Assembly (NCBI GenBank): GCA_963666215.2
Contig: CAXWPL010000005.1
Coordinates: 1,056,001 to 1,120,000 of the forward strand
DNA: 64,000 nt
Source: Acidobacteriota bacterium
GTDB lineage: Bacteria; Acidobacteriota; UBA890; WLXD01
Reading direction: 5' to 3'
Positions 50,896 to 61,153 of this stretch are shown in pieces (position 1 is the stretch's first letter; the number at the start of each line of letters is the position of its first letter). The notes under the pieces are model-generated. The model ran no database searches. It was not told where the DNA came from and worked only from the letters and a program-made list of their open reading frames with translations. Both the position numbers and the translations under genes were made by a program.

Positions 50896-51439
50896 CTCTC
50901 ACCTCGGTCAACGTTGAGCGCAGCCGGGCCTTGCCGCGCGCATAGTGGGTGCGGGCGCTGCCAACAGACACTCCGAGTGCCCGCGCCGCCTCCGAAACAC
51001 TCATGCCATCGTAGAACACCAGGTGCAGAACCTCCCGCTGACGCCTCGGAAGCTCCATCAGGGCATCGACCAGCCGCACACTGCGTTCCGAGTCGACGAA
51101 TGACACGTCGCTCTGAGGCACGGCACTGACGCCCGGACTTCGCGTGCGAGCCCATCGCTCCAAACGCTCCGTGCGCGAAGTGGTACGAGTGCGGTGCTCC
51201 AGAGCGGTGAGTCGGATCACTCCGAAGAGCCACGTCTTGAACGTCGATCGACTCTCGAAGCGCGCCTTGCCGGAAAGTACCTTGACGTAGGCGTCATGCA
51301 ACACATCCTCCACGGCTGTCGGATCCCAACGGCAGCAGCTCAGCGCCCAGGCAAAGCTGTTGCGATGCAAGCGCTCGAGCTCGCTCTCGAGACTTGTCGT
51401 GCTCCCTGGGTGAGCTTCGACGTCGAGATCGAGGGTCAA
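50873..51439 (-). CDS. ECF RNA polymerase sigma factor
   Basis: EDVLHDAY, FKTWLFGV, LPRRQREVLHLVFY, GSARTHYARGKARL. Confidence 0.9.
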   Translation of the reverse strand: MTLDLDVEAHPGSTTSLESELERLHRNSFAWALSCCRWDPTAVEDVLHDAYVKVLSGKARFESRSTFKTWLFGVIRLTALEHRTRTTSRTERLERWARTRSPGVSAVPQSDVSFVDSERSVRLVDALMELPRRQREVLHLVFYDGMSVSEAARALGVSVGSARTHYARGKARLRSTLTEVRDEETAAV

Positions 51440-51564
51440 GATCTCGATCGCGGATTTTCAACCTGGCGACTCGGCATGCCACCGTCGCTCCGTCTAACGC
51501 GGCAACGAATCGCGAGGGCGAACGGCACTCGACCGTCCGCCCTCGCGATGGAGTCTGCTGGCTC

Positions 51565-52020
51565 CTACGAGCCCGATTCCGCCACTTTGACCTTTGTGTT
51601 CAGCTCCGTGAGCTTGGCCTCCTGCTCGGGCTCCAGTAGGTTCTTGACCTTCACCATGAGCTTGAAGTTGAGCATTTTCGCTTTGATCTCCTTGGCAAAG
51701 ATCGACTCGGCGGCCGCCACTGTGGTGGCCTCGTCCACCCAACCGTCGGCGAGGCTGACGCTCAGCGCCGCACGCTCTTCCTCGAGCTCCATCCAAAGCT
51801 GTTTGGCGGAGGCTTTCGAAACCTCGATCATCTCGGCGAGCTTCTGTTTCTGCTCGTCCGACAGCCAGATCTCCTCCTGATGCTCCATCACCGTCCACGG
51901 CGTGAACATCACCTTCGAGATCTCCGAGCTCAGATCCTGCTGTGCGTCAGCGGTGGACGGCAGCATGGCGACCAGGCCGAGCGCCAGTCCAAACGCCGTG
52001 CAAACTGCGATTCGTCGCAT
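51565..52020 (-). CDS. Periplasmic Spy/CpxP-like helical protein (paralog of 49901-50380)
   Basis: Signal ending ADA-Q; MFTPWTVM..EIWLSDEQ and LLEPEQEAKL. Confidence 0.7.
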   Translation of the reverse strand: MRRIAVCTAFGLALGLVAMLPSTADAQQDLSSEISKVMFTPWTVMEHQEEIWLSDEQKQKLAEMIEVSKASAKQLWMELEEERAALSVSLADGWVDEATTVAAAESIFAKEIKAKMLNFKLMVKVKNLLEPEQEAKLTELNTKVKVAESGS

Positions 52021-52217
52021 GTTCTCTACCTCGGGGACTTGGGTTGGGCCTGCCGCACGCGGCGCCGCTAGAAGCGGTCCCGCATCGACCGACACCTTGG
52101 CTTCTCGTGCTTACGTGAGTCGCGAGCCCGATCCATATGGCACGGGCGTTCCCCTCCGGGATATTGAACCGCCCATCGAGCCATCGCCCGTGTCCACCCA
52201 GCGGCTACCAGTACCGT

Positions 52218-54125
52218 CTACCAGGCGATGCCGTAGTCCTCGCCGTGGTGGCTCGAGCCACCCCACAGGGAGCCGTGCTCCCAATCGAAGAAGATCGCGT
52301 TGATCGGCCCCGACGTGCGCTCGGCGTCGATCAGCTCGTAGCCCATGCGGCGTAGCTCAGCGCGCACCCACGGCGGCGTGGCTTCCTGGATCAGCATGCG
52401 CCCGGGACGTGACTCGTGCTCACCGAACGAGCCTCGCATCTGGAAGCTGTTGATGTTCGGAGCCTCGGCGGCTTGCTGCACGTTCATGTTCCATTCGACG
52501 GTGTTGAGGAAGAACTGCAGGAGGTTCTGGTCCTGCCCGTCGCCGCCCTGAACGGCGAACGACAAGAACGGCTGGCCGTCCTTGATCGCCATCCCCGGAG
52601 TGAGGGTAGCGCGCGGCCGCTGACCCGGCTGCACGACGTTGTAGGGGTTGTCGGCCGGGTCGAGCACGAAGCTCTGCATGCGCTGGCTCATGCCCACGCC
52701 CGTTCGGCCCGCGACGGCCGCGGGAATCCATCCGCCGCTGGGAGTGATCGACACCACCCAGCCTTCGGCGTCCGCGGCCTGAATCGACGTTGTGCCGGCG
52801 TAGAAGTCCTCGTAGAAGTCGGCGTCGTCCGCGGCCGATTGAATCCGATCGCCGGGCGCTCCGAAGCTCGACCCGGCAGCGTCACCGCCCGCGGTATTTT
52901 CGACCTTTACGGTGTGCCAGTTGTTCAAGTACTCGAGGAACGGGTTCTCGCCGTCCTGAAATGCGTACGGATCACCCGGTCGCGCGTCGGCGTCGTTGCT
53001 CTCCCAACCAATGAGCGCCGCGCGCTGCTTCGCGTAGTCTTTCGAGAGCAGCCCGGCGATGGGCTCTTCCGGCGGGAAGTACGGATCGCCGTAGTAGAAG
53101 TCGCGATCGGCATACGCCAGGTTCATCGCCTGGTAAATGGCGTGCATGTAGCGCGACGAGTTGTAACCCATCGACTGCAGATCGAGGTTCTCGAGGATGT
53201 TCAGCGCCTGCAACATCACCGGCCCCTGAACCCAAGTGGTCAGCTTGTAGACGTCGATGCCCTTGTAGCTCGTCTTGACCGGCTCCTCGATGTAGACCTC
53301 CCAGTTGGCCAGGTCCTCCATCGTGTGCAGACCGCCCATCTCCTGCGAGCCGCGTACGAACTCCTCGGCGATGTCGCCGCGGTAGAAGCGGTCGTAGGCC
53401 GACTGAATGGCAGCCTCACGTGTCGCCCCGCCGATAAGCGCCTCCTGTTCCGCGTCGACCATCTTCCGCAGCGTCGTCGCCAGGTCGGGCTGACGGAAGA
53501 TCTCACCACCGTAGGGCGCCTCGCGCTCCTCGCCGAGATGCGGCAGGTAGATATCGCGCGAATACGGCCACTCCTTGATGCTCTCCTTGGCGCGCTCGAT
53601 CGAATTGGCCGCCTGCTCCTCCATCGGATAGCCATCGGCCATCTCGATCGCCGGCGCCAGCACCTGCTCGAGGCTCATCGTCCCGTAGTCACGCAGCATC
53701 ACCAGCAGCCCGCCAGGCGTCCCCGGCGTGACGCCCGCTTGCGGACCGAACTCGGGTGGGAAATCGAGCCCCTGTTGCTCGAAGAACTCGGCCGTGGCGC
53801 CGGTGGGAGCCACACCCAGCGCATTGATGCCGACGACCTTCTTCTGCCGCGGGTCGTAGATCAGCGCCTGCGTTTCACCGCCCCAGCCCAGCGTGTCCCA
53901 CATCGTCGAGGTGGCCGCCAGCATCGCGCACGCGGCATCTACGGCGTTGCCGCCCTGATTGAAGATCATCGCGCCAGCCGTGGCGCCGAGCGGTTTGCCG
54001 GTAATCGCCACCCAGTGGCTGCCGTGCAGGACGGGCTTGACGGTACGCTGGGCCGAGGCAGCCGTCGTGAACAGCAGCAGGGCGCAGAGGGCGACGGCCA
54101 GGATTCGAACGGTGCAGGTGCGCAT
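52218..54125 (-). CDS. ggt: Gamma-glutamyltransferase family protein, exported
   Basis: GGNAVDAA, FYRGDIA, autoprocessing GTTSI, RPRATLTP, GGDGQDQ. Confidence 0.9.
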   Translation of the reverse strand: MRTCTVRILAVALCALLLFTTAASAQRTVKPVLHGSHWVAITGKPLGATAGAMIFNQGGNAVDAACAMLAATSTMWDTLGWGGETQALIYDPRQKKVVGINALGVAPTGATAEFFEQQGLDFPPEFGPQAGVTPGTPGGLLVMLRDYGTMSLEQVLAPAIEMADGYPMEEQAANSIERAKESIKEWPYSRDIYLPHLGEEREAPYGGEIFRQPDLATTLRKMVDAEQEALIGGATREAAIQSAYDRFYRGDIAEEFVRGSQEMGGLHTMEDLANWEVYIEEPVKTSYKGIDVYKLTTWVQGPVMLQALNILENLDLQSMGYNSSRYMHAIYQAMNLAYADRDFYYGDPYFPPEEPIAGLLSKDYAKQRAALIGWESNDADARPGDPYAFQDGENPFLEYLNNWHTVKVENTAGGDAAGSSFGAPGDRIQSAADDADFYEDFYAGTTSIQAADAEGWVVSITPSGGWIPAAVAGRTGVGMSQRMQSFVLDPADNPYNVVQPGQRPRATLTPGMAIKDGQPFLSFAVQGGDGQDQNLLQFFLNTVEWNMNVQQAAEAPNINSFQMRGSFGEHESRPGRMLIQEATPPWVRAELRRMGYELIDAERTSGPINAIFFDWEHGSLWGGSSHHGEDYGIAW

Positions 54126-54256
54126 GAGGACATCCTCCGGAGGGTGGCTTGAGGCTCGGCTGGTGCGCCCATGATAGGCGGGAGCGGGCGAGTGCTCCAG
54201 GCCACGCCTGGCGGAGTAGCCGCGGCTGGCGTTCGCGGCGTCGACGCGCGCGCTAG

Positions 54257-54859
54257 CTAGTCTTCGACTTCGACCACCATCTCGATCTCCACCGATATAC
54301 CGATCGGCAGCGAGACCATGCCGACGGCGGCGCGCGCGTGCCGGCCGGCGTCACCGAAGATCTCGACGAAGAGGTCCGACGCGCCGTTGATGACCGCCGG
54401 CTGCTCGGTGAAGTCGGCCTCCGAGTTCACCATGCCGAACACACGAACGATGCGTTTGACCTTCGAAAGCTCGCCGATCTCCGCTTTGAGCGAGCTGAGG
54501 AGGGCGATCGCAGTGACTCGCGCCGCCTCGTAGCCCTCTTCGATGCTCACCGCCGACGGGACCTTGCCGGTGATGTGGGTGCCATCGCTCTTGGCGGGGC
54601 CATGGCCAGCGAGGAAGACCAGGTTGCCGGTGCGAACCGCGTGAACGTAGTTGGCCACCGGCGGCGGCGGATCACCGAGCTCGATGCCCATGGCGGCGAG
54701 CTTGGCTTCGGGCGACTCCTGCGCGGCTGACATGGTCACCGCTTCGACGGGGCCTGAGTCGAGCAACGAGACTACGGCGACCGCGGCGACCGCGGTGGCC
54801 GCCAAGCAAAGGACGAGAGCGGTGAGCTTGAGAGAGAGATTCATCTGCTGACTCCTCAT
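54257..54859 (-). CDS. RidA/YjgF family protein with N-terminal signal or anchor
   Basis: [36 protein letters not shown]. Confidence 0.88.
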   Translation of the reverse strand: MRSQQMNLSLKLTALVLCLAATAVAAVAVVSLLDSGPVEAVTMSAAQESPEAKLAAMGIELGDPPPPVANYVHAVRTGNLVFLAGHGPAKSDGTHITGKVPSAVSIEEGYEAARVTAIALLSSLKAEIGELSKVKRIVRVFGMVNSEADFTEQPAVINGASDLFVEIFGDAGRHARAAVGMVSLPIGISVEIEMVVEVED

Positions 54860-57800
54860 TCGCCGACGATAATCGGCAGGACCTGCAGGTCACGAAGCTG
54901 AGCGTTGAAAGCGTCTACCGATTGCTGCAGCGTTCCGAGTGCAGCTCTCGAAGCATCCCACCGGGCACGCAGATCCGCGAGGCGTTCTCGGGCTCCGCTG
55001 GTCACAGGAGGCTCGGTGCCGTCGACCGAGAGCATCAGGGCCACCACCTGGGTGATGAGCTGGGTCTCGAAGTTGATCATGTCCTGGAACGTCTCGCGCT
55101 TGAACTGCGCCAGATCGCCGATCCAGTCGTCAATTGATTCAACGAGGGCGGTGCCGGCCTCCGAGATCGTCTCGGCATCGGCATGGTCTTCCGTCCGATC
55201 GACAACCGACTGCACCTGCTGGCGCACGTCGCGCATGCGGTTCACCGAGTCCATGATGGCTGTGCGCATCTCGGACGCGTCGGCCAAGAATGCGTCCTGC
55301 GCCTCGAGCTCGGCGGTCGAGACTTCAACGCGTGGGTCGTAGCGCACCTCGAGCTCTGAACTGACCGACGTCTCTCCTCGGGTCAGCCGCACGCCGTAGG
55401 TGCCCGGCAACGCGAGGCGACCGCCAGAGCCGCCGCCAGGCCCCCCGTAAGCGGTGAAGTTGCGGATCGGCTCGACCGAAGCGTGGCGGAAGTTCCAGGT
55501 CAGCCGGTGCAGCTTGCCGGCCGTCGTCGCCGGCTCCGGCAACGAGTCGATCGAAGCGTCTTCGGCAGCCTCGGTATCGCTGCTGTAGGTCCGGACCACG
55601 GCGCCCGACGCATCGAGGATCTCGATCGTCACCGCCTCCGCGGCCATGTCTTCGTCGGAGCCCCCATCGACCTCGGGAACCGGCGCTCCGAAAGAGTAGA
55701 AGATCTGCGCCCCGGCCGGCGGGTTCTGGCCCGACCGCGGAGGGCCGAAGCCGAAGCCCCCGCTCCAGTTGACCTGGTAGGCCGGCCGCGGATCGAACAG
55801 CTTCATCGGCTCGGACACCACGCCGTGCTGTGCCTGCTGCAACGGCGACAGGTCGTCGAGAATCCAGAACGAGCGTCCCTGGGTGGCGGCAACCAGGTCG
55901 TTGTCCTTGATGATCAGGTCGGTAACCGCCACGCCCTTCGGGAAGTTCAGGTTGAAGGGCTCCCACGTGTCGCCGTCGTCGAAGGAGACGTAGATACCGA
56001 GCTCGGTGCCGGCGTACAGCAGGCCCCGTGTGACGGTGTCCTCACGCACCACCCGCACCCAGTGGTCGGCGGCGATGCCGTCGACAACCCGCGTCCAAGA
56101 GACCCCGTAGTCGCTGGTCTTGAACACATGCGGCGTGAAGTCGTTGAACTTGTAGCGAGAAACCGCCAGATACGCCGTGCCGGCATCATGCGGCGACGCC
56201 TCGATGGCGTTGACCAACGCCTCGTCGCCCGGTGCCTGCCCGGTGCCACGACCGAGCTCCGCCACCTCCGGCGGCGTAACGTCGGACCAGGTTTGGCCAC
56301 CATCGCGTGTAAGCTTAACCAAGCCGTCGTCGGTTCCGGCCCAGATCACGCCCGCGGTCACCGGTGATTCCGTGACGTAGAAGATCGTGTTGTACACCTC
56401 ACCGCCGGCGTTCTCGTTGGTGATCGGTCCGCCGCCAATCTGCTGCTTCTCCTCGTCGTTGCGCGTCAGGTCGGGTGAGATGAGTTGCCAGCTCTGGCCG
56501 CGATCGGAAGTGCGGAAGAGCACATTGCCGGCCTGGTAAATGACGCCGCGGGCGTGAGGCGAGCCCACCACGGGGTTGTTCCAGTTGAAGCGGTACTTCT
56601 GATCGATCGGGTTGCTGCCCAGGTTCATCTCGGGGTAGGCACGGATCGGCTTGGTGCGCCTGGTCACACGATCCCAGACGTCGATATCACCCTCGATACA
56701 AGTGCCGTACACATAACGCGGATCGGCCGGATCGTCGAAGGCAATGTAGGCGCTCTCACAGCCGGAGACGTCGTAGAAGTCCCTCCAGCCGGGACCACCT
56801 GGAGCCGCTGATGCGATGCCGATGGCCGAGTTGTCCTGCTGACCGCCGTACACGTGGTACGGAAACTGGTCGTCGGTAATCACGCGGTAGAACTGCGCGG
56901 TGGGCTGGTTGCGCTGCGTCGACCAACTCTGCCCGCCGTTGAACGAGATGTTCGCCCCACCGTCGTTGGCGTTGATCATCGCGTTGTTGTCGAGCGGGTT
57001 GATCCACAGGTCGTGGTTGTCGCCGTGCGGCACCTGCACGTTCTCGAAGGTGCGGCCGCCGTCGATGGAGCGCATGAACGGTGCGTTGAGAACCACCACC
57101 ATGTCGGCGTTCTGTGGGTCGGCAAAAACCTCCATGTAGTACCAGGAGCGCGTCTGGATGATCCGGCTGCTGTTGATCTGCTCCCAGCTGTCGCCGGCAT
57201 CGTCGGAGCGGTACAGCCCACCCTTGCCCGATTCACCGATCGCGCCAGCGTCGGCCTCGATGATGGCGTAGACGCGATTCGAGTCGGCGCGCGAGACATC
57301 GACACTGACCTTGCCCATGAGCTCGGGAAGACCCTTGTCGATCTTCGTCCAGGTGTCGCCCGAGTCGGTTGACTTCCAGATGCCGCTCCCCTCGCCGCCC
57401 GACTCGACGATCCAGGGCCGACGGATGTGATCCCAGTACGCCGCGTACAGGATCCGCGGGTTGTTCATGTCCATCGATAGGTCGCTCGCACCGGCGCGAT
57501 TCGACACGAAATGGATCTTGTCCCACGTCTCGCCTCCGTCCTTCGATCGATAGATCCCGCGATCCTCGGTTTCGCCGTAGGGAGCGCCCTGCGCGGCGAC
57601 GTACACCAGATCCGGATTCTGAGGATGGATGCGAATCCTGGAGATCGCCCGAGTACCGTCGAGTCCGAGGTGCGTCCAGGTCTTGCCGGCGTCGGTCGAC
57701 CGATACACCCCGTCTCCGTGAGACGTGGTCACGCCGCGGACCGCGTGCTCACCCATGCCGACGTAGACGACGTTGGCGTCGGACTCGGCGACGGCGATCG

Positions 57801-58143
57801 CGCCTACCGAGCTCGTGTTCAAGAAACCGTCACTGACATTCCGCCAGGTCTCACCCGCGTCGGATGTCTTCCAAACACCTCCACCTACGGAACCGAAGTA
57901 GTACGTATCCAGGTCGCCCACCACACCTGTCACCGCAACCGATCGTCCGCCACGAAACGGCCCGATGTTGCGCCACTGCATCGCCGAGAAGAACTCGTTG
58001 ACGGTCGGGGTCGAGTCGTCCTGGAGAGCCGGGGCGGCGGCAGCGAGCGGCATCGCGACCGCAGGCACCAGCAGAACGAGAAGGGCGCACGCCAACCATC
58101 GGGTTGCAGCGAGGAGCGGCTTTCGCGGCGTCGGGAGGGACAT
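54856..58143 (-). CDS. Exported BNR/Asp-box (VPS10-like) glycosyl hydrolase
   Basis: [12 protein letters not shown], repeated [28 protein letters not shown]. Confidence 0.88.
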   Translation of the reverse strand: MSLPTPRKPLLAATRWLACALLVLLVPAVAMPLAAAAPALQDDSTPTVNEFFSAMQWRNIGPFRGGRSVAVTGVVGDLDTYYFGSVGGGVWKTSDAGETWRNVSDGFLNTSSVGAIAVAESDANVVYVGMGEHAVRGVTTSHGDGVYRSTDAGKTWTHLGLDGTRAISRIRIHPQNPDLVYVAAQGAPYGETEDRGIYRSKDGGETWDKIHFVSNRAGASDLSMDMNNPRILYAAYWDHIRRPWIVESGGEGSGIWKSTDSGDTWTKIDKGLPELMGKVSVDVSRADSNRVYAIIEADAGAIGESGKGGLYRSDDAGDSWEQINSSRIIQTRSWYYMEVFADPQNADMVVVLNAPFMRSIDGGRTFENVQVPHGDNHDLWINPLDNNAMINANDGGANISFNGGQSWSTQRNQPTAQFYRVITDDQFPYHVYGGQQDNSAIGIASAAPGGPGWRDFYDVSGCESAYIAFDDPADPRYVYGTCIEGDIDVWDRVTRRTKPIRAYPEMNLGSNPIDQKYRFNWNNPVVGSPHARGVIYQAGNVLFRTSDRGQSWQLISPDLTRNDEEKQQIGGGPITNENAGGEVYNTIFYVTESPVTAGVIWAGTDDGLVKLTRDGGQTWSDVTPPEVAELGRGTGQAPGDEALVNAIEASPHDAGTAYLAVSRYKFNDFTPHVFKTSDYGVSWTRVVDGIAADHWVRVVREDTVTRGLLYAGTELGIYVSFDDGDTWEPFNLNFPKGVAVTDLIIKDNDLVAATQGRSFWILDDLSPLQQAQHGVVSEPMKLFDPRPAYQVNWSGGFGFGPPRSGQNPPAGAQIFYSFGAPVPEVDGGSDEDMAAEAVTIEILDASGAVVRTYSSDTEAAEDASIDSLPEPATTAGKLHRLTWNFRHASVEPIRNFTAYGGPGGGSGGRLALPGTYGVRLTRGETSVSSELEVRYDPRVEVSTAELEAQDAFLADASEMRTAIMDSVNRMRDVRQQVQSVVDRTEDHADAETISEAGTALVESIDDWIGDLAQFKRETFQDMINFETQLITQVVALMLSVDGTEPPVTSGARERLADLRARWDASRAALGTLQQSVDAFNAQLRDLQVLPIIVGE

Positions 58144-58371
58144 TGGAACCTCGTGCTGTATTGGAATTGGATCAGCCCGCGGAGTATGCCGGAGCCGACC
58201 GAAGAACGCACGATGAGCGCGGCTGGAGCCTGCCCTTGGCCGTCAAGTCGGCGGCCTCGGCAGCCGTTGTGGCGTCGCTCCCGACAGCGGCGCTGCGGAT
58301 TCGCATTCCCGCTCGCTTGATAGAGTTGCGCAAATCAACACCCGACCCCTTCACGACCCCACGGTTACGGC

Positions 58372-58962
58372 ATGATCGACGTTCGCGAGCTACAGCGAGT
58401 CCACGACGAGGCCCTTGCGCTTGGGGCCGACGCGCCCGACGACGCGCTGCAGGCACCGCACGACGGTTTCGCCGCGACCGTGGCCCGCGAGCATGCCTGC
58501 AACCTGCTGATCTGGCGACACGAGGAGTTCGCGCGCCAGCCAGGCGCACCGGACGCTGTCGTGGCGCAGGCGAAGCGAACCATCGACATCCATAACAAGG
58601 CGCGCAACGACTGGATCGAACGCATCGACACGGCGATTGCCGAGATGATCGAGGCGCTTGACGTGGCACCAGCGGCCGACGCGTCGATGAACACCGAGAC
58701 CGTCGGAAGCGTGATCGATCGGCTCTCGATCATGGCGATTCGGATTCATCACCTGCGCGCCGACCTCGGCGGAGATCGACCCGATCCGCTCGGCGCGCAC
58801 GCCACCGTCGACGAGTTGGCAACCTGTGAGCGCCAACGGCGCGAGCTCGCCGCGGCGCTCGAGTCCGTGCTCAGCGATATCACCACGGGCCGCAAGCGAC
58901 ATATGGCGCACCGGCACCTGAAGATCTACGCCGACGGTTCGAGCTCAGTCAGGGGCGAATGA
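58372..58962 (+). CDS. DUF4254 domain protein
   Basis: WRHEE, KRTIDIHNKARNDWIERID, NTETVGSVIDRLSI, HLKIY. Confidence 0.8.
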   Translation: MIDVRELQRVHDEALALGADAPDDALQAPHDGFAATVAREHACNLLIWRHEEFARQPGAPDAVVAQAKRTIDIHNKARNDWIERIDTAIAEMIEALDVAPAADASMNTETVGSVIDRLSIMAIRIHHLRADLGGDRPDPLGAHATVDELATCERQRRELAAALESVLSDITTGRKRHMAHRHLKIYADGSSSVRGE

Positions 58963-59028
58963 GAACGCGATCGCCGAGCGGGCGACAACAGCGGCAGCTG
59001 CCGGCGTGGCTAGGGCGGCGACGGCGAG

Positions 59029-60093
59029 CTAGGCCAGGAGCCGATCACAGGCTGCAATCACATCGTCGCTGGTGATCTCGAGCATGGCGTCGTTGCTCGC
59101 GGCTCGCCGCTCGCGGCTGCTACCCGCCTGGTAGCGCGCCTGCAAGCAAACGTGCTGCTCGCCGTACGGACCGCTCTGCTGCCATCGCGTGGCGCCGAAC
59201 AGACCGATGCACGTGCAGCCCACCGCCGCGGCCAGATGCATCGGGCCGCTATCGGGGCCAATGAACAGATGGGCGCGGCGTAGCAGCGCGGCGAGCTCAA
59301 CCAGATTCAACGGCGGAGCCACACTCACGGTGGCGCCTAGCCGCAGAGCGGCTTCGACAATGTCGTTAGCCATCGCGCGCTCGCTGTCGCCTTTCCAAGC
59401 AAGGACGACGGGCAGCGAGAATCGACTCCAAACGTGGTACGCCACGGCGGCGTAGCGCTCGTTCGACCACAATCGAGAGCGCCAGCCGGCGCCGGGGCTG
59501 ACGACAACGAAGCGGCGATCGGCGCCGACCTGAGCCGCGGGCCAAAGGCCGGCCAGCGTGGCGGCCACGGCATGCTCGGACGCCGAGTCGACGGGCAGGT
59601 TGTACTCGACGGGAGCCGCAGCCACGCCGAGCTTCGACACCAGCTCCAGGTAGCGCTCCACGCAGTTGTCGACGCTGCGCAGAACGAGCTCGTTGTTGAG
59701 CTGCACGCTGAGCTCACGTCCGTCGGGCGACCGAAAGCCGATGCGCCGCCGGGCGCCCGCCAGCCAGCCGAGGACCGCGCTCTTGGTCAGGCCTTGAGGA
59801 TCGATCGAGACCTCGGCCTGCAGTGAGCGCAGTCGACGCCGCAGCGCCGGCCACTTGGCTGGACTGCGGAACCAGCGCGGCGGCAGCACGAGAACGTCGT
59901 CAATCACCGGATGCTGCTCGAGCAAGGGCGCGGAGTCTGGCTCGACGGCCCAGGCGATGAACGCATCGGGCCACTGGCGCCGCAACGCGACCGCCATCGG
60001 GATCGTCTGCACGCAATCACCCACGTGGCTGAGCCGGGTGATCAAGAAGCGCGGCGCGTCGGCCAAACGGCGATCCTCGGAGGATGGTGGCAA
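59029..60093 (-). CDS. Glycosyltransferase family 9 (LPS heptosyltransferase-like)
   Basis: RLSHVGDCV, DPQGLTKS, DSGPMHLAAAVG, LFGAT. Confidence 0.9.
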   Translation of the reverse strand: MPPSSEDRRLADAPRFLITRLSHVGDCVQTIPMAVALRRQWPDAFIAWAVEPDSAPLLEQHPVIDDVLVLPPRWFRSPAKWPALRRRLRSLQAEVSIDPQGLTKSAVLGWLAGARRRIGFRSPDGRELSVQLNNELVLRSVDNCVERYLELVSKLGVAAAPVEYNLPVDSASEHAVAATLAGLWPAAQVGADRRFVVVSPGAGWRSRLWSNERYAAVAYHVWSRFSLPVVLAWKGDSERAMANDIVEAALRLGATVSVAPPLNLVELAALLRRAHLFIGPDSGPMHLAAAVGCTCIGLFGATRWQQSGPYGEQHVCLQARYQAGSSRERRAASNDAMLEITSDDVIAACDRLLA

Positions 60094-60221
60094 AGGGTCG
60101 ATGGGGCAGATGGGGTGACAGGAGCGACCGCGTAACGCACGCGACGAGATCTCCTCGCGGCGCTAGGCCATCTCCATCGAGGTAGGCCAACAGTAGCAGC
60201 GCCGTCTGCGGCCAGCCAACG

Positions 60222-60766
60222 CTAGGCCGCCGTGGCCGACCGATCGCGACCCATCAGAAGGGCGCCGAAACCTGGCAAGAACGCCACCGTCCAGCACAGG
60301 AAGAACCAGATGTAGAACGGCCCCGGCGAGATCGAGCCGAACCAAATCCCCGAGATCGAGTAGAAGGCGATTCCGGAAAGCAGCGCCGCAACGCAGCCAC
60401 GCGTCAGTGCGCGGCTCATCGTCTCGCCGTCGTCTGCCAGCGCCCGGTTGAGGATGGCGAAGGCGATCCACAGCCCCATCCAGGCAACGAACATCGCCGC
60501 GACTCCAACCACGCCGTACAGAACATAGAAAGCGGCAGCTGCCGCGATGCCAATGGCGAGCCCCCCAGCGCCCCCAGCCAAGCTGCCCGCGGTCGACCGG
60601 CAACACGGCCGAGCACCATTCCGAGGGCCGCCAACACGAGGCCACCATGCACCACGCCGTACACGGCACGATGCTCCAGCTCACCTGCCGCCCAGAAAGC
60701 GTCGGCGAACGTGCTGACAAAAGCCAGAGCAAGACTCGCAACGATGGTCTGCTTGATTCCGCTCAA
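60222..60766 (-). pseudogene. Hypothetical membrane protein, -1 frameshift at G6 (60561-60566)
   Basis: GAGGA RBS + TTG 60766. Adding one G joins two hydrophobic ORFs into 181 aa (ALGGLAIGIAA). Confidence 0.65.
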
Positions 60767-61153
60767 TGGTTCCTCACCGCTTGAAGGTTGATCCGTCGTG
60801 GGGCGGTATCCGGGATTGTGGGCCCCGGTCGCGGCGGCGGCCACCGAGCCGACCTCGCACCTACCGGTTCAACGGTGTCCAGGCCCGGCGCCAAGTGCAA
60901 GAGGGAGATACCGCGGTGAGGTCCAATCGCGGGCCTGTCGGGTCGTAGCTGGCCATCGATCGCGAGCACCGCGCGGAGGAACATCACAAGAGTCGCCCCG
61001 AACCGCTCGCTGACGATGACCTAGCCTGCCGGCTCCTGGCCGCATCGAAAACCTCCTGCCGTCAGTTGACCAGACTGCCGATCGCCCGGTAGCTTTCTTG
61101 CTGCCTGGGTATCGCACGCCGGCGCAAGCCCTCTGCGTCGAAAGGAAGATCTC

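Noticed and set aside
8793-54152. Long overlapping ORFs such as 8793..10271, 47142..48569 and 52416..54152
   Set aside because: Arg/Ala/Pro-rich or antisense shadow frames of well-supported genes, typical of high-GC DNA.
58317-58338. FNR/CRP box
   Set aside because: The half-sites are 12 bp apart instead of 4.
60767-61153. Small ORFs or RNA in the ~390-bp intergenic gap
   Set aside because: Only a faint coding-like fragment (TYRFNGVQ) and no convincing structure or start signals.
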